From: Octopus sinensis
Lineage: Eukaryota
DNA length: 64,000 nt
Assembly (NCBI RefSeq): GCF_006345805.1
Contig: NC_042997.1
Location: 132,122,001 to 132,186,000, forward strand
Direction of reading: 5' to 3'
The stretch's first letter is position 1. Every line of letters begins with the position of its first letter. The notes under the pieces were generated by a model. It was not told where the DNA came from. It ran no database searches and saw only the letters and a program-made list of their open reading frames with translations. The position numbers were made by a program, and so were the translations under genes. Below, piece by piece: positions 48,801 through 63,800 of this stretch.

Positions 48801-51800
48801 ATGTATATTCAACAAATATTGAGACAAAAATACGCGCTGACAAACGTGGGAGTGGGGAGGGGGCTAGGAAAATTCCAACGATGAACCCTACAGAATACGA
48901 GCACTAAAGATCAACACCCGTTCACAGAAGTAAAACAATTCTGCTACTACTTCTAATGCAATGTGTATTCAACAAATATTGAGACAAAAATGCGCACAGA
49001 CAAACGGGGGTGTGGGGAGGGATCTAGGAAAATACACACGATCAAACGTACAGAATCCGAGCAGTAAAGCTCAACACCCGGTCACAGAATTGAAACAGAA
49101 ATCGTCTAATACTTCTAATGCAATGTATATTCAACAAATATTGAGACAAAAATACGCGCTGACAAACGAGGGTGTGAGGAGTAGGCCAGGGAAATTCCAA
49201 CGATGAACCCTACAGAATTCGAGCATTAAAGACCAACACCCGGTTACAGAAGTGAAACAGAAATCGTCTAATACTTCTAATGCAATGTATATTCAACAAA
49301 TATTGAGACAAAAATGCGCGCTGATAAACGGGGGAGTGGGGGAGGGGGCTAGGAAATTACAGACGATCAACCGTAAGGAATCCGAGCAGTATAGCTCAAC
49401 ACCCGGTCACAGCAGTGAAAATGAAATAATCTAATACTTCTAATGCAATGTATATTCAACAAATATTGAGACAAAAATACGCGATGACAAACGAGGGTGT
49501 GAGGAGGGGGCTAGGAAAATTCCAACGATGAACCCTACAGACGCCGAGCACTAAAGATCAACACCCGGTTACAGAAGTGAAACAAAATTCTTCTACTACT
49601 TCTAATGCAATGTGTATTCAACAAATATTGAGACAAAAATGCGCACTGACAAACGGGGGTGTGGGGAGGGATCTAGGAAAATACACACGATCAAATAACA
49701 GAATCCAAGCAGTATAGCTCAACACCCGATCACATAAGTGAAAACGAAATCGTCTAATACTTCTTATGCAATGTATATTCAACTAATATTGAGACAAAAA
49801 TACGCGCTGACAAACGAGGGTGTGGGGAGGGGGCCAAAGAAATTCCAACGATGAACCCTACAGAAATCGAGCATTAAAGCTCAACACCCGGTTACAGAAG
49901 TGAAACAGATATCGTCTAATACTTCTAATGCAATGTATATTCAACAAATATTGAGACAAAAATACGCGCTGACAAACGGGGGTGTGGGGGGGGCAGGGAA
50001 TTTCCAACGATGAACCCTACAGAATTCGAGCATTAAAGCTCAACACCCGGTTACAGAAGTGAAACAGAAATCTCTCTACTACTTCTAATGCAATTTGTAT
50101 TCAACAAATATTGAGACAAAAATGCGCGCTGACAAACGGGAGAGTGGGGGGGGGGGCTAGGAAATATACACGATCAACCGTAAGGAATACGAGCAGTATA
50201 GCTCAACACCCGGTCACAGAAGTGCAACAGAAATCGTCTAATACTTCTAATGCAATGTATATTCAACAAATATTGAGACGAAAATACGCGCTGACAAACG
50301 AGGGTGTGGGGAGGGGGCCAAAGAAATTCCAACGATGAACCCTACAGCAATCGAGCATTAAAGCTCAACACCCGGTACAGAAGTGAAACAGAAATCGTCT
50401 AATACTTCTAATGCAATGTATATTCAACAAATATTGAGTCAAAGATGCGCGCTGATAAACGGGGAGTGGGGGAGTGGGCTCGGAAATTACACACGATCAA
50501 CCGTTCAGAATCCGAGCAGTAAAGCTCAACACCCGGTCACAGAAGTGCAACAGAAATCGTCTAATACTTCTAATGCAATGTATATTCAACAAATATTGAG
50601 ACAAAAATACGCGCTGACAAACGAGGGTGTGGGGAGGGGGCAAGGAAAATTCCAACGATGAACCTACAGAATTCGAGCATTAAAGCTCAACAACCCGGTT
50701 ACAGAAGTGAAACAGAAATCGTCTAATACTTCTAATGCAATGTATATTCAACAAATATTGAGACAAAAATGCGCGCTGACAGACGGGGGAGTGGGGATGG
50801 GGCTAGGAAATTACACACGATCAACCGTAAGGAATCCGAGCAGTATAGCTCAACACCCGATCACAGAAGTGAAACGAAATCGTCTAATACTTCTTATGCA
50901 ATGTATATTCAACTAATATTGAGACAAAAATACGCGCTGACAAACGAGGGTGTGGGGAGGGGGCCAAAGAAATTCCAACGATGAACCCTACAGAAATCGA
51001 GCATTAAAGCTCAACACCCGGTTACAGAAGTGAAACAGAATCGTCTAATACTTCTAATGCAAAGTATATTCAACAAATATTGAGACAAAGATGCGCGCTG
51101 ATAAACGGGGGAGTGGGGGAGGGGGCTAGGAAATTACATACGATCAACCGTAAGGAATCCGAGCAGTATAGCTCAACACACGGTCACAGAAGTGAAAACG
51201 AAATAATCTAATACTTCTAATGCAATGTATATTCAACAAATATTGAGACAAAAATACGCGCTGACAAACGTGGGAGTGGGGAGGGGGCTAGGAAAATTCC
51301 AACGATGAACCCTACAGAATACGAGCACTAAAGATCAACACCCGTTCACAGAAGTAAAACAAAATTCTGCTACTACTTCTAATGCAATGTGTATTCAACA
51401 AATATTGAGACAAAAATGCGCACAGACAAACGGGGGTGTGGGGAGGGATCTAGGAAAATACACACGATCAAACGTACAGAATCCGAGCAGTAAAGCTCAA
51501 CACCCGGTCACAGAATTGAAACAGAAATCGTCTAATACTTCTAATGCAATGTATATTCAACAAATATTGAGACAAAAATACGCGCTGACAAACGAGGGTG
51601 TGAGGAGTAGGCCAGGGAAATTCCAACGATGAACCCTACAGAATTCGAGCATTAAAGACCAACACCCGGTTACAGAAGTGAAACAGAAATCGTCTAATAC
51701 TTCTAATGCAATGTATATTCAACAAATATTGAGACAAAAATGCGCGCTGATAAACGGGGGGTGGGGGAGGGGGCTAGGAAATTACAGACGATCAACCGTA

Positions 51801-54800
51801 AGGAATCCGAGCAGTATAGCTCAACACCCGGTCACAGCAGTGAAAATGAAATAATCTAATACTTCTAATGCAATGTATATTCAACAAATATTGAGACAAA
51901 AATACGCGATGACAAACGAGGGTGTGAGGAGGGGGCTAGGAAAATTCCAACGATGAACCCTACAGAAGCCGAGCACTAAAGATCAACACCCGGTTACAGA
52001 AGTGAAACAAAATTCTTCTACTACTTCTAATGCAATGTGTATTCAACAAATATTGAGACAAAAATGCGCACTGACAAACGGGGGTGTGGGGAGGGATCTA
52101 GGAAAATACACACGATCAAATAACAGAATCCAAGCAGTATAGCTCAACACCCGATCACATAAGTGAAAACGAAATCGTCTAATACTTCTTATGCAATGTA
52201 TATTCAACTAATATTGAGACAAAAATACGCGCTGACAAACGAGGGTGTGGGGAGGGGGCCAAAGAAATTCCAACGATGAACCCTACAGAAATCGAGCATT
52301 AAAGCTCAACACCCGGTTACAGAAGTGAAACAGATATCGTCTAATACTTCTAATGCAATGTATATTCAACAAATATTGAGACAAAAATACGCGCTGACAA
52401 ACGAGGGTGTGGGGGGGGGGCAGGGAATTTCCAACGATGAACCCTACAGAATTCGAGCATTAAAGCTCAACACCCGGTTACAGAAGTGAAACAGAAATCT
52501 TCTACTACTTCTAATGCAATTTGTATTCAACAAATATTGAGACAAAAATGCGCGCTGACAAACGGGAGAGTGGGGGAGGGGGCTAGGAAATTATACACGA
52601 TCAACCGTAAGGAATACGAGCAGTATAGCTCAACACCCGGTCACAGAAGTGCAACAGAAATCGTCTAATACTTCTAATGCAATGTATATTCAACAAATAT
52701 TGAGACAAAAATACGCGCTGACAAACGAGGGTGTTGGGGAGGGGGCCAAAGAAATTCCAACGATGAACCCTACAGCAATCGAGCATTAAAGCTCAACACC
52801 CGGTTACAGAAGTGAAACAGAAATCGTTTAATACTTCTAATGCAATGTATATTCAACAAATATTGAGTCAAAGATGCGCGCTGATAAACGGGGGAGTGGG
52901 GGAGTGGGCTCGGAAATTACACACGATCAACCGTTCAGAATCCGAGCAGTAAAGCTCAACACCCGGTCACAGAATTGAAACAGAAATCGTCTAATACTTC
53001 TCATGCAATGTATATTCAACAAATATTGAGACAAAAATACGCGCTGACAAACGAGGGTGTGGGGAGGGGGCCAAGGAAATTCCAACGATGAACCCTACAG
53101 AAGCCGAGCACTAAAGATCAACACCCGGTCACAGAAGTGAAACAAAATTCTGCTACTACTTCTAATGCAATGTGTATTCAACAAATATTGAGACAAAAAT
53201 GCGCACTGACAAACGGGGTTGTGGGGAGGGATCTAGGAAAATACACACGATCAAACGTACAGAATCCGAGCAGTAAAGCTCAACACCCGGTCACAGAATT
53301 GAAACAGAAATCGTCTAATACTTCTCATGCAATGTATATTCAACAAATATTGAGACAAAAATACGCGCTGACAAACGAGGGTGTGTGGAGAGGGCCAAGG
53401 AAATTCCAACGATGAACCCTACAGAATTCGAGCATTAAAGCTCAACACCCGGTACAGAAGTGAAACAGAAATCGTCTAATACTTCTAATGCAATGTATAT
53501 TCAACAAATATTGAGACAAAAATGCGCGCTGACAGACGGGGGAGTGGGGATGGGGCTAGGAAATTACACACGATCAACCGTAAGGAATCCGAGCAGTATA
53601 GCTCAACACCCGATCACAGAAGTGAAAACGAAATCGTCTAATACTCTTATGCAATGTATATTCAACTAATATTGAGACAAAAATACGCGCTGACAAACGA
53701 GGGTGTGGGGAGGGGGCCAAAGAAATTCCAACGATGAACCCTACAGAAATCGAGCATTAAAGCTCAACACCCGGTTACAGAAGAAAACAGAAATCGTCTA
53801 ATACTTCTAATGCAATGTATATTCAACAAATATTGAGACAAAGATGCGCGCTGATAAACGGGGGAGTGGGGGAGGGGGCTAGGAAATTACATACGATCAA
53901 CCGTAAGGAATCCGAGCTGTATAGCTCAACACACGGTCACAGAAGTGAAAACGAAATAATCTAATACTTCTAATGCAATGTATATTCAACAAATATTGAG
54001 ACAAAAATACGCGCTGACAAACGTGGGAGTGGGGAGGGGGCTAGGAAAATTCCAACGATGAACCCTACAGAATACGAGCACTAAAGATCAACACCCGTTC
54101 ACAGAAGTAAAACAAAATTCTGCTACTACTTCTAATGCAATGTGTTCAACAAATATTGAGACAAAAATGCGCACAGACAAACGGGGGTGTGGGGAGGGAT
54201 CTAGGAAAATACACACGATCAAACGTACAGAATCCGAGCAGTAAAGCTCAACACCGGTCACAGAATTGAAACAGAAATCGTCTAATACTTCTAATGCAAT
54301 GTATATTCAACAAATATTGAGACAAAAATACGCGCTGACAAACGAGGGTGTGAGGAGTAGGCCAGGGAAATTCCAACGATGAACCCTACAGAATTCGAGC
54401 ATTAAAGACCAACACCCGGTTACAGAAGTGAAACAGAAATCGTCTAATACTTCTAATGCAATGTATATTCAACAAATATTGAGACAAAAATGCGCGCTGA
54501 TAAACGGGGGAGTGGGGGAGGGGGCTAGGAAATTACAGACGATCAACCGTAAGGAATCCGAGCAGTATAGCTCAACACCCGGTCACAGCAGTGAAAATGA
54601 AATAATCTAATACTTCTAATGCAATGTATATTCAACAAATATTGAGACAAAAATACGCGATGACAAACGAGGGTGTGAGGAGGGGGCTAGAAAATTCCAA
54701 CGATGAACCCTACAGAAGCCGAGCACTAAAGATCAACACCCGGTTACAGAAGTGAAACAAAATTCTTCTACTACTTCTAATGCAATGTGTATTCAACAAA

Positions 54801-57800
54801 TATTGAGACAAAATGCGCACTGACAAACGGGGGTGTGGGGAGGGATCTAGGAAAATACACACGATCAAATAACAGAATCCAGCAGTATAGCTCAACACCC
54901 GATCACATAAGTGAAAACGAAATCGTCTAATACTTCTTATGCAATGTATATTCAACTAATATTGAGACAAAAATACGCGCTGACAAACGAGGGTGTGGGG
55001 AGGGGGCCAAAGAAATTCCAACGATGAACCCTACAGAAATCGAGCATTAAAGCTCAACACCCGGTTACAGAAGTGAAACAGATATCGTCTAATACTTCTA
55101 ATGCAATGTATATTCAACAAATATTGAGACAAAAATACGCGCAGACAAACGAGGGTGTGGGGGGGGGGGGGCAGGGAATTTCCAACGATGAACCCTACAG
55201 AATTCGAGCATTAAAGCTCAACACCCGGTTACAGAAGTGAAACAGAAATCTTCTACTACTTCTAATGCAATTTGTATTCAACAAATATTGAGACAAAAAT
55301 GCGCGCTGACAAACGGGAGAGTGGGGGAGGGGGCTAGGAAATTATACACGATCAACCGTAAGGAATACGAGCAGTATAGCTCAACACCCGGTCACAGAAG
55401 TGCAACAGAAATCGTCTAATACTTCTAATGCAATGTATATTCAACAAATATTGAGACAAAAATACGCGCTGACAAACGAGGGTGTGGGGAGGGGGCCAAA
55501 GAAATTCCAACGATGAACCCTACAGCAATCGAGCATTAAAGCTCAACACCCGGTTACAGAAGTGAAACAGAAATCGTCTAATACTTCTAATGCAATGTAT
55601 ATTCAACAAATATTGAGTCAAAGATGCGCGCTGATAAACGGGGGAGTGGGGGAGTGGGCTCGGAAATTACACACGATCAACCGTTCAGAATCCGAGCAGT
55701 AAAGCTCAACACCCGGTCACAGAATTGAAACAGAAATCGTCTAATACTTCTCATGCAATGTATATTCAACAAATATTGAGACAAAAATACGCGCTGACAA
55801 ACGAGGGTGTGGGGAGGGGGCCAAGGAAATTCCAACGATGAACCCTACAGAAGCCGAGCACTAAAGATCAACACCCGGTCACAGAAGTGAAACAAAATTC
55901 TGCTACTACTTCTAATGCAATGTGTATTCAACAAATATTGAGACAAAAATGCGCACTGACAAACGGGTGTCTGGGGAGGGATCTAGGAAAATACACACGA
56001 TCAAACGTACAGAATCCGAGCAGTAAAGCTCAACACCCGGTCACAGAATTGAAACAGAAATCGTCTAATACTTCTCATGCAATGTATATTCAACAAATAT
56101 TGAGACAAAAATACGCGCTGACAAACGAGGGTGTGGGGAGAGGGCCAAGGAAATTCCAACGATGAACCCTACAGAATTCGAGCATTAAAGCTCAACACCC
56201 GGTTACAGAAGTGAAACAGAAATCGTCTAATACTTCTAATGCAATGTATATTCAACAAATATTGAGACAAAAATGCGCGCTGACAGACGGGGGAGTGGGG
56301 ATGGGGCTAGGAAATTACACACGATCAACCGTAAGGAATCCGAGCAGTATAGCTCAACACCCGATCACAGAAGTGAAAACGAAATCGTCTAATACTTCTT
56401 ATGCAATGTATATTCAACTAATATTGAGACAAAATACGCGCTGACAAACGAGGGTGTGGGGAGGGGGCCAAAGAAATTCCAACGATGAACCCTACAGAAA
56501 TCGAGCATTAAAGCTCAACACCCGGTTACAGAAGTGAAACAGAAATCGTCTAATACTTCTAATGCAATGTATATTCAACAAATATTGAGACAAAGATGCG
56601 CGCTGATAAACGGGGGAGTGGGGGAGGGGGCTAGGAAATTACATACGATCAACCGTAAGGAATCCGAGCTGTATAGCTCAACACACGGTCACAGAAGTGA
56701 AAACGAAGTAATCTAATACTTCTAATGCAATGTATATTCAACAAATATTGAGACAAAAATACGCGCTGACAAACGTGGGAGTGGGGAGGGGGCTAGGAAA
56801 ATTCCAACGATGAACCCTACAGAAGCCGAGCACTAAAGATCAACACCCGTTCACAGAAGTGAAACAAAATTCTGCTACTACTTCTAATGCAATGTGTATT
56901 CAACAAATATTGAGACAAAAATGCGCACTGACAAACGGGGGTGTTGGGAGGGATCTAGGAAAATACACACGATCAAACGTACAGAACCCGAGCAGTAAAG
57001 CTCAACACCCGGTCATAGAATTGAAACAGAAATCGTCTAATACTTCTAATGCAATGTATATTCAACAAATATTGGACAAAAAATACGCGCTGACAAACGA
57101 GGGGTGGGTGTGGGGAGGGGGCCAGGGAAATTCCAACGATGAACCCTACAGAAGCCGAGCACTAAAGATCAACACCCGGTCACAGAAGTGAAACAAAATT
57201 CTGCTACTACTTCTAAAGCAATGTGTATTCAACAAATATTGAGACAAAAATGCGCACAGACAAACGGGGGTGTGGGGAGGGATCTAGGAAAATACACACG
57301 ATCAAACGTACAGAATCCGAGCAGTAAAGCTCAACACCCGGTCACAGAATTGAAACAGAAATCGTCTAATACTTCTAATGCAATGTATATTCAACAAATA
57401 TTGAGACAAAAATACGCGCTGACAAACGAGGGTGTGAGGAGTAGGCCAGGGAAATTCCAACGATGAACCCTACAGAATTCGAGCATTAAAGCTCAACACC
57501 CGGTTACAGAAGTGAAACAGAAATCGTCTAATACTTCGAATGCAATGTATATTCAACAAATATTGAGACAAAAATGCGCGCTGATAAACGGGGGAGTGGG
57601 GGAGGGGGCTAGGAAATTACAGACGATCAACCGTAAGGAATCCGAGCAGTATAGCTCAACACCCGGTCACAGCAGTGAAAATGAAATAATCTAATACTTC
57701 TAATGCAATGTATATTCAACAAATATTGAGACAAAAATACGCGCTGACAAACGAGGGTGTGGGGAGGGGGCTAGGAAAATTCCAACGATGAACCCTACAG

Positions 57801-60800
57801 AAGCCGAGCACTAAAGATCAACACCCGGTTACAGAAGTGAAACAAAATTCTTCTACTACTTCTAATGCAATGTGTATTCAACAAATATTGAGACAAAAAT
57901 GCGCACTGACAAACGGGGGTGTGGGGAGGGATCTAGGAAAATACACACGATCAATACAGAATCCAAGCAGTATAGCTCAACACCCGATCATATAAGTGAA
58001 AACGAAATCGTCTAATACTTCTTATGCAATGTATATTCAACAAATATTGAGACAAAAATACGCGCTGACAAACGAGGGTGTGGGGAGGGGGCCAAAGAAA
58101 TTCCAACGATGAACCCTACAGAAATCGAGCATTAAAGCTCAACACCCGGTTACAGAAGTGAAACAGATATCGTCTAATACTTCTAATGCAATGTATATTC
58201 AACAAATATTGAGACAAAGATGCGCGCTGATAAACGGGGGAGTGGGGGAGGGGGCTAGGAAATTACACACGATCAACCGTAAGGAATCCGAGCAGTATAG
58301 CTCAAACACGGTCACAGAAGTGAAAACCAAATAATCTAATACTTCTAATGCAATGTGTATTCAACAAATATTGAGACAAAAATACGCGGTGACAAACGAG
58401 GGTGTGGAGGGGGCTAGGAAAATTCCAACGATGAACCCTACAGAGCCGAGCACTAAAGATCAACACCCGGTCACAGAAGTGAAACAAAATTCTGCTACTA
58501 CTTCTAATGCAATATGTATTCAACAAATATTGAGACAAAACTGCGCACTGACAAACGGGCGTGTGGGGAGGGATCTAGGAAAATAGACACGATCAAACGG
58601 ACAGAATCCGAGCAGTAAAGCTCAACACCCGTTCACATAATTGAAACAGAAATCGTCTAATACTTCTAATGCAATGTATATTCAACAAATATTGAGACAA
58701 AAATACGCGCTGACAAACGAGGGAGTGGGGAGGGGGCCAGGGAAATTCCAACGATGAACCCTACAGAATTCGAGGATTAAAGCTCAACACCCGGTCACAG
58801 AAGTGAAAGAGAGATCGTCTAATACTTCTAATGCAATGTATATTCAACAAATATTGAGACAAAAATGCGCGCTGATAAAAGGGGGAGTGGGGTAGGGGCC
58901 TAGGAAATTACAGACGATCAACCGTAAGGAATCCGAGCAGTATAGCTCAACACCCGGTCATAGAAGTGAAAACGAAATAATCTAATACTTCTAATGCAAT
59001 GTATATTCAAGAATTATTGAGACAAAATTACGCGCTGACAAATAAGGGTGTGGGGAGGGCGCTAGGAAAATTCCAACGATGAACCCTACAGAATCTGAGC
59101 ACTAAAGATCAACACCCGGTTACAGAAGTGAAACAAAAATCTTCTACTACTTCTAATGCAATGTGTATTCAACAAATATTGAGACAAAAATGCGCACTGA
59201 CAAACGGGGGTGTGGGGAGGGATCTAGGAAAATACACACGATCAATAACAGAATCCAAGCAGTATAGCTCAACACCCGATCACATAAGTGAAGTGAAAAC
59301 GAAAATCTCTAATACTTCTATGCAATGTATATTCAACTAATATTGAGACAAAAATACGCGCTGACAAACGAGGGTGTGGGGAGGGGGCCAAAGAAATTCC
59401 AACGATGAACCCAACAGAATCGAGCATTAAAGCTCAACACCCGGTTACAGAAGTGAAACAGATATCGTCTAATACTTCTAATGCAATGTATATTCAACAA
59501 ATATTGGACAAAAAAACGCGCTGACAAACGAGGGTGTGGGGAGGGGGCCAGGGAACTTCCAACGATGAACCCTACAGAATTCGAGCATTAAAGCTCAACA
59601 CCCGGTTACAGAAGTGAAACAGAAATCGTCTAATACTTCTAATGCAATGTATATTCAACAAATATTGAGTCAAAGATGCGCGCTGATAAACGGGGGAGTG
59701 GGGGAGTGGGCTCGGAAATAACACACGATCAACCGTTCAGAATCCGAGCAGTACAGCTCAACACACGGTCACAGAAGTGAAAACGAAATCATCTAATACT
59801 TCTAATGCAATGTATATTCAACAAATATTGAGACAAAAATACGCGCTGACAAACGAGGGTGTGGGGAAGGGGCTAGGAAAATTCCAACGATGAACCCTAC
59901 AGAAGCCGAGCACTAAAGATCAACACCCGGTTACAGAAGTGAAACAAAATTCTGCTACTACTTCTAATGCAATGTGTATTCAACAAATATTGAGACAAAA
60001 ATGCGCACTGACAAACGGGTGTGTGGGGAGGGATCTAGGAAAATACACACGATCAAACGTACAGAATCCGAGCAGTAAAGCTCAACACCCGGTCACAGAA
60101 TTGAAACAGAAATCGTCTAATACTTCTCATGCAATGTATATTCAACAAATATTGAGACAAAAATACGCGCTGACAAACGAGGGTGTGGGGAGGGGGCCAA
60201 GGAAATTCCAACGATGAACCCTACAGAATTCGAGCATTAAAGCTCAACACCCGGTTACAGAAGTGAAACAGAAATCGTCTAATACTTCTAATGCAATGTA
60301 TATTCAACAAATATTGAGACAAAAATGCGCGCTGACAGACGGGGGAGTGGGGATGGGGCTAGGAAATTACACACGATCAACCGTAAGGAATCCGAGCAGT
60401 ATAGCTCAACACCCGATCACAGAAGTGAAAACGAAATCGTCTAATACTTCTTATGCAATGTATATTCAACTAATATTGAGACAAAAATACGCGCTGACAA
60501 ACGAGGGTGTGGGGAGGGGGCCAAAGAAATTCCAACGATGAACCCTACAGAAATCGAGCATTAAAGCTCAACACCCGGTTACAGAAGTGAAACAGAAATC
60601 GTCTAATACTCTAATGCAATGTATATTCAACAAATATTGAGACAAAGATGCGCGCTGATAAACGGGGGGAGTGGGGGAGGGGGCTAGGAAATTACATACG
60701 ATCAACCGTAAGGAATCCGAGCTGTATAGCTCAACACCCGGTCACAGAAGTGAAAACGAAATAATCTAATACTTCTAATGCAACGTATATTCAACAAATA

Positions 60801-63800
60801 TTGAGACAAAAATACGCGCTGACAAACGTGGGAGTGGGGAGGGGGCTAGGAAAATTCCAACGATGAACCCTACAGAAGCCGAGCACTAAAGATCAACACC
60901 CGTTCACAGAAGTGAAACAAAATTCTGCTACTACTTCTAATGCAATGTGTATTCAACAAATATTGAGACAAAAATGCGCACTGACAAACGGGGGTGTTGG
61001 GAGGGATCTAGGAAAATACACATGATCAAACGTACAGAACCCGAGCAGTAAAGCTCAACACCCGGTCATAGAATTGAAACAGAAATCGTCTAATACTTCT
61101 AATGCAATGTATATTCAACAAATATTGGCACAAAAATACGCGCTGACAAACGAGGGTGTGGGGAGGGGGCCAGGGAAATTCCAACGATGAACCCTACAGA
61201 AGCCGAGCACTAAAGATCAACACCCGGTCACAGAAGTGAAACAAAATTCTGCTACTACTTCTAAAGCAATGTGTATTCAACAAATATTGAGACAAAAATG
61301 CGCACAGACAAACGGGGTTGTGGGGAGGGATCTAGGAAAATACACACGATCAAACGTACAGAATCCGAGCAGTAAAGCTCAACACCCGGTCACAGAATTG
61401 AAACAGAAATCGTCTAATACTTCTAATGCAATGTATATTCAACAAATATTGAGACAAAAATACGCGCTGACAAACAGGGTGTGAGGAGTAGGCCAGGGAA
61501 ATTCCAACGATGAACCCTACAGAATTCGAGCATTAAAGCTCAACACCCGGTTACAGAAGTGAAACAGAAATCGTCTAATACTTCGAATGCAATGTATATT
61601 CAACAAATATTGAGACAAAATGCGCGCTGATAAACGGGGGAGTGGGGGAGGGGGCTAGGAATTACAGACGATCAACCGTAAGGAATCCGAGCAGTATAGC
61701 TCAACACCCGGTCACAGCTGTGAAAATGAAATAATCTAATACTTCTAATGCAATGTATATTCAACAAATATTGAGACAAAAATACGCGATGACAAACGAG
61801 GGTGTGGGGAGGGGGCTAGGAAAATTCCAACGATGAACCCTACAGAAGCCGAGCACTAAAGATCAACACCCGGTTACAGAAGTGAAACAAAATTCTTCTA
61901 CTACTTCTAATGCAATGTGTATTCAACAAATATTGAGACAAAAATGCGCACTGACAAACGGGGGTGTGGGGAGGGATCTAGGAAAATACACACGATCAAA
62001 TAACAGAATCCAAGCAGTATAGCTCAAACACCGATCACATAAGTGAAAACGAAATCGTCTAATACTTCTTATGCAATGTATATTCAACTATTGAGACAAA
62101 AATACGCGCTGACAAACGAGGTGTGGGGAGGGGGCCAAAGAAATTCCAACGATGAACCCTACAGAAATCGAGCATTAAAGCTCAACACCCGGTTACAGAA
62201 GTGAAACAGATATCGTCTAATACTTCTAATGCAATGTATATTCAACAAATATTGAGACAAAGATGCGCGCTGATAAACGGGGGAGTGGGGGAGGGGGCTA
62301 GGAAATTACACACGATCAACCGTAAGGAATCCGAGCAGTATAGCTCAAACACGGTCACAGAAGTGAAAACCAAATAATCTAATACTTCTAATGCAATGTG
62401 TATTCAACAAATATTGAGACAAAAATACGCGGTGACAAACGAGGGTGTCGGGAGGGGGCTAGGAAAATTCCAACGATGAACCCTACAGAAGCCGAGCACT
62501 AAAGATCAACACCCGGTCACAGAAGTGAAACAAAATTCTGCTACTACTTCTAATGCAATGTGTATTCAACAAATATTGAGACAAAACTGCGCACTGACAA
62601 ACGGGCGTGTGGGGAGGGATCTAGGAAAATAGACACGATCAAACGGACAGAATCCGAGCAGTAAAGCTCAACACCCGTTCACATAATTGAAACAGAAATC
62701 GTCTAATACTTCTAATGCAATGTATATTCAACAAATATTGAGACAAAAATACGCGCTGACAAACGAGGGAGTGAGGGGAGTGGGGGCCAGGGAAATTCCA
62801 ACGATGAACCCTACAGAATTCGAGCATTAAAGCTCAACACCCGGTCACAGAAGTGAAACAGAGATCGTCTAATACTTCTAATGCAATGTATATTCAACAA
62901 ATATTGAGACAAAAATGCGCGCTGATAAAAGGGGGAGTGGGGTAGGGGCCTAGGAAATTACAGACGATCAACCGTAAGGAATCCGAGCAGTATAGCTCAA
63001 CACCCGGTCATAGAAGTGAAAACGAAATAATCTAATACTTCTAATGCAATGTATATTCAAGAAATATTGAGACAAAGTTACGCGCTGACAAATAAGGGTG
63101 TGGGGAGGGCGCTAGGAAAATTCCAACGATGAACCCTACAGAATCTGAGCACTAAAGATCAACACCCGGTTACAGAAGTGAAACAAAAATCTTCTACTAC
63201 TTCTAATGCAATGTGTATTCAACAAATATTGAGACAAAAATGCGCACTGACAAACGGGGGTGTGGGGAGGGATCTAGGAAAATACACACGATCAAACGGA
63301 CAGAATCCGAGCAGTAAAGCTCAACACCCGGTCACATAATTGAAACGGAAATCGTCTAATACTTCTAATGCAATGTATATTCAACAAATATTGAGACAAA
63401 AATACGCGCTGACAAACGAGTGTGTGGGGAAGAGGCAAGGAAAATTCCAATGATGAACCCTACAGAATCTGAGCACTAAAGATCAACTCCCGGTTACAGA
63501 AGTGAGACAAAATTCTTCTACTACTTCTAATGCAATGTGTATTCAACAAATATTGAGACAAAAATGCGCACTGACAAACGGGGGTGTTGGGAGGGATCTA
63601 GAAAAATACATACGATCAAACGTACAGAATCCGAGCAGTAAAGCTCAACACCCGGTCACAGAATTGAAACAGAAATCGTCTAATACTTCTAATGCAATGT
63701 ATATTCAACAAATATTGAGACAAAAATACGCGCTGACAAACGAGGGTGTGGGGAGGTGGCCAGGGAAATTCCAACGAAGAACCCTACAGAATTCGAGCAT